DNA of 38,046 nucleotides from Deltaproteobacteria bacterium (GTDB lineage: Bacteria; Myxococcota_A; Polyangia; Polyangiales; Houyiibacteriaceae), in NCBI GenBank assembly GCA_034670305.1, contig JAXMNT010000065.1:1-38046 (forward strand), read 5' to 3'. The notes beneath the pieces were generated by a model that saw only the letters and a list, made by a program, of their open reading frames with translations, did no database searches and was not told the DNA's origin. Below, one piece after another: positions 36,540 through 38,046 of the stretch. Numbering within the stretch: position 1 is the stretch's first letter; every line of letters begins with the position of its first letter. Both the position numbers and the translations under genes were made by a program.

Positions 36540-37901
36540 GTGGCTCTGGGGGGTCGGGTTGCGTTGGCGGGCGTCGAACAGATCGGCGCTACCGCTGGCT
36601 TGCGCGCGGGCTTCGGTCCGTTGCGGGTGCTGGTGCGCGAGCTCAACGATCCGGCCGATCGGCTGCGTGCGATCCGGCTCGGGTTCGAGTGGGGCCTCGA
36701 GCTCGGGGACGAACCCGCGCTGCTCGAACTCTGCGACGCGTGGATCGGACAACAAGGCACCGACATCGCCGGTCTCGTCGAACTCGTGTCGTGGCTTGCG
36801 CACCGAGGCCGTCTCGATCTGGTGCTCCGGCTGGCCGAAGCGCAGTGTGTGCGGGCGCCCGGCGACCCCCGCACCTGGTACCTGTGCGCCCGAATCGAAC
36901 TCGACCTGAAGCCGGACCCATCGCAACCAGAGGCCCGCAAACATCTGCGGCGCGCGCTGCGGCACGCGAAGGAACGCAGCGTCGATGCCGGGTGCATCCG
37001 CCGACGACTCGCGCAGCTCGGGGAGGCTTTTGGCGGTGCGGGGGGCGCGGGAGACACGGAGGACAGCGCGGCCCAGCTGGCCTCGCTGGTGCTTCTGCTC
37101 TCCGCGAAGGGCCGGTACAAACGCACGCGCGCCCTCGATGGGTTGAACGAACTCGCACAGCATGAGGACGCACAGGTCGCGCGTGAGGCGATGCGTGCGG
37201 TGGCCCGTCACGTCGATCGGGAACCCCGGCTGACCGAGATCGAGCTGGATCGCGCGCAGACCGTGCTCTCCCACTGGCCCGACCTGGCGGCGCGCCAAGA
37301 AGCCCTCGGGCGGGTTGCCGCGCGCCTGAGGATCAGCCGGGGCGAAGCCGCGGCGTCGGGGGACGCGCCCCCAACCGCGTCGACGCGTGCGATCGACCTG
37401 GCCCGTTCGGTGTTGGAGCACGGCGTCGCTGGTTCGGCGGTGTCCGCGGGTGCCCGCACTCCGACGCTGCAGTGGCGCGCCCAGGACGCGATCGCGAAGT
37501 TGCGCCGCGGCACCTCGACCGCGTCGACCCGAGACGCGTACCAGTCGCTTCTCTCGGCCGCCGACACCGGGGGTGTCCTGTCGGTCGCGATCGTGACCGC
37601 CACCTGGCTCGGCTGCCGCGCCGACGACGAGACCGTACGCCGCACCGCGCAGCTGCTCGCGTCGCGGCTCTTGACCTTGTCGGGGGATCCGCCGAGCCGC
37701 GGGTGGGCGCGCGTGGCGGCCGTCGTCGACGACCCGGCGCTCGCGCCCGCGCTGCTCGAGAAGGGCATGGCGGCCGGCGACCCCGAGGCCCGCGTCGCGC
37801 TCGCCGATGCGATCACCCGGGAGGCCTGGCGCGTCCACGCCGCCGGCGAGTCCGCGAAGGCCCTCGCACTGCTCCAACGCGCCAAGCACCTGCACGCCTG
37901 A
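36540..37901 (+). CDS. Helical-repeat (TPR/HEAT-like) hypothetical protein
   Basis: Starts immediately after the Hsp70 stop; Ala/Leu/Arg-rich helices, APGDPRTWY, KALALLQRAK. Confidence 0.72.
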   Translation: MALGGRVALAGVEQIGATAGLRAGFGPLRVLVRELNDPADRLRAIRLGFEWGLELGDEPALLELCDAWIGQQGTDIAGLVELVSWLAHRGRLDLVLRLAEAQCVRAPGDPRTWYLCARIELDLKPDPSQPEARKHLRRALRHAKERSVDAGCIRRRLAQLGEAFGGAGGAGDTEDSAAQLASLVLLLSAKGRYKRTRALDGLNELAQHEDAQVAREAMRAVARHVDREPRLTEIELDRAQTVLSHWPDLAARQEALGRVAARLRISRGEAAASGDAPPTASTRAIDLARSVLEHGVAGSAVSAGARTPTLQWRAQDAIAKLRRGTSTASTRDAYQSLLSAADTGGVLSVAIVTATWLGCRADDETVRRTAQLLASRLLTLSGDPPSRGWARVAAVVDDPALAPALLEKGMAAGDPEARVALADAITREAWRVHAAGESAKALALLQRAKHLHA

Positions 37902-37916
37902 GCGCTCGAGATCGCC

Positions 37917-37977
37917 GCGGGTCGCTGAAAAGCGACCTGCTCCCTTGCCGTTGCCCTTGCCCGTGCCCTTGCCCGCG
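37917..37977 (+). repeat. Hairpin + (CCCTTG)n REP/terminator-like element, copy 2
   Basis: GCGGGTCGCT-GAAA-AGCGACCTGC then TCCCTTGCCGTTGCCCTTGCCCGTGCCCTTGCCCGCG, 15 bp after the last stop. Confidence 0.75.
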
Positions 37978-38046
37978 TCGTGGACGCCGTGTGTTTCGCG
38001 ACGGCGAGGCCGCGAATCGGAGCCCGATGCCCAGCGGACGAAGCCG

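Noticed and set aside
43-37977. Whole window as a transposon bounded by terminal inverted repeats
   Set aside because: No transposase or integrase, no target-site duplication seen, and the cargo looks chromosomal.

Overview
High-GC bacterial DNA, most likely Myxococcota: two MYXO-CTERM proteins, CglB-like vWA lipoprotein, MopE-like Cys repeats, many sigma-54 promoters. Five blocks. (1) 0.1-9.2 kb: mixed envelope and accessory genes (M15-like MYXO-CTERM peptidase, eukaryote-like ERI1 exonuclease, DUF3299, vWA, EamA, DUF4336, OM barrel). (2) 9.2-22.6 kb: a self-contained low-oxygen island with hemerythrin, an NtrC-family regulator, a protoglobin histidine kinase, ccoG-ccoP-ccoQ-ccoNO-ccoS-ccoI-DsbD_2 and two USPs. 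Its promoters share sigma-54 sites and a recurring RCGCA-N5-TGCGY palindrome. The kinase looks like a chimera carrying a dead first H-box. (3) 22.6-27.2 kb: a sigma-54-driven surface operon (lipoprotein, M23/FG-GAP/MYXO-CTERM protein, LamG lipoprotein). (4) 27.4-32.1 kb: hexamer-repeat tract, FadF/Hdr-like Fe-S oxidoreductase, a cluster of DnaA-box-like motifs, two conserved hypotheticals. (5) 32.2-37.9 kb: a four-gene module with an atypical 861-aa Hsp70, an HPD-less J-like protein and two helical-repeat proteins. A hairpin+(CCCTTG)n element occurs near both ends in inverted orientation. No rRNA, tRNA, CRISPR or transposase was seen. All family calls come from motif recognition, not database searches.
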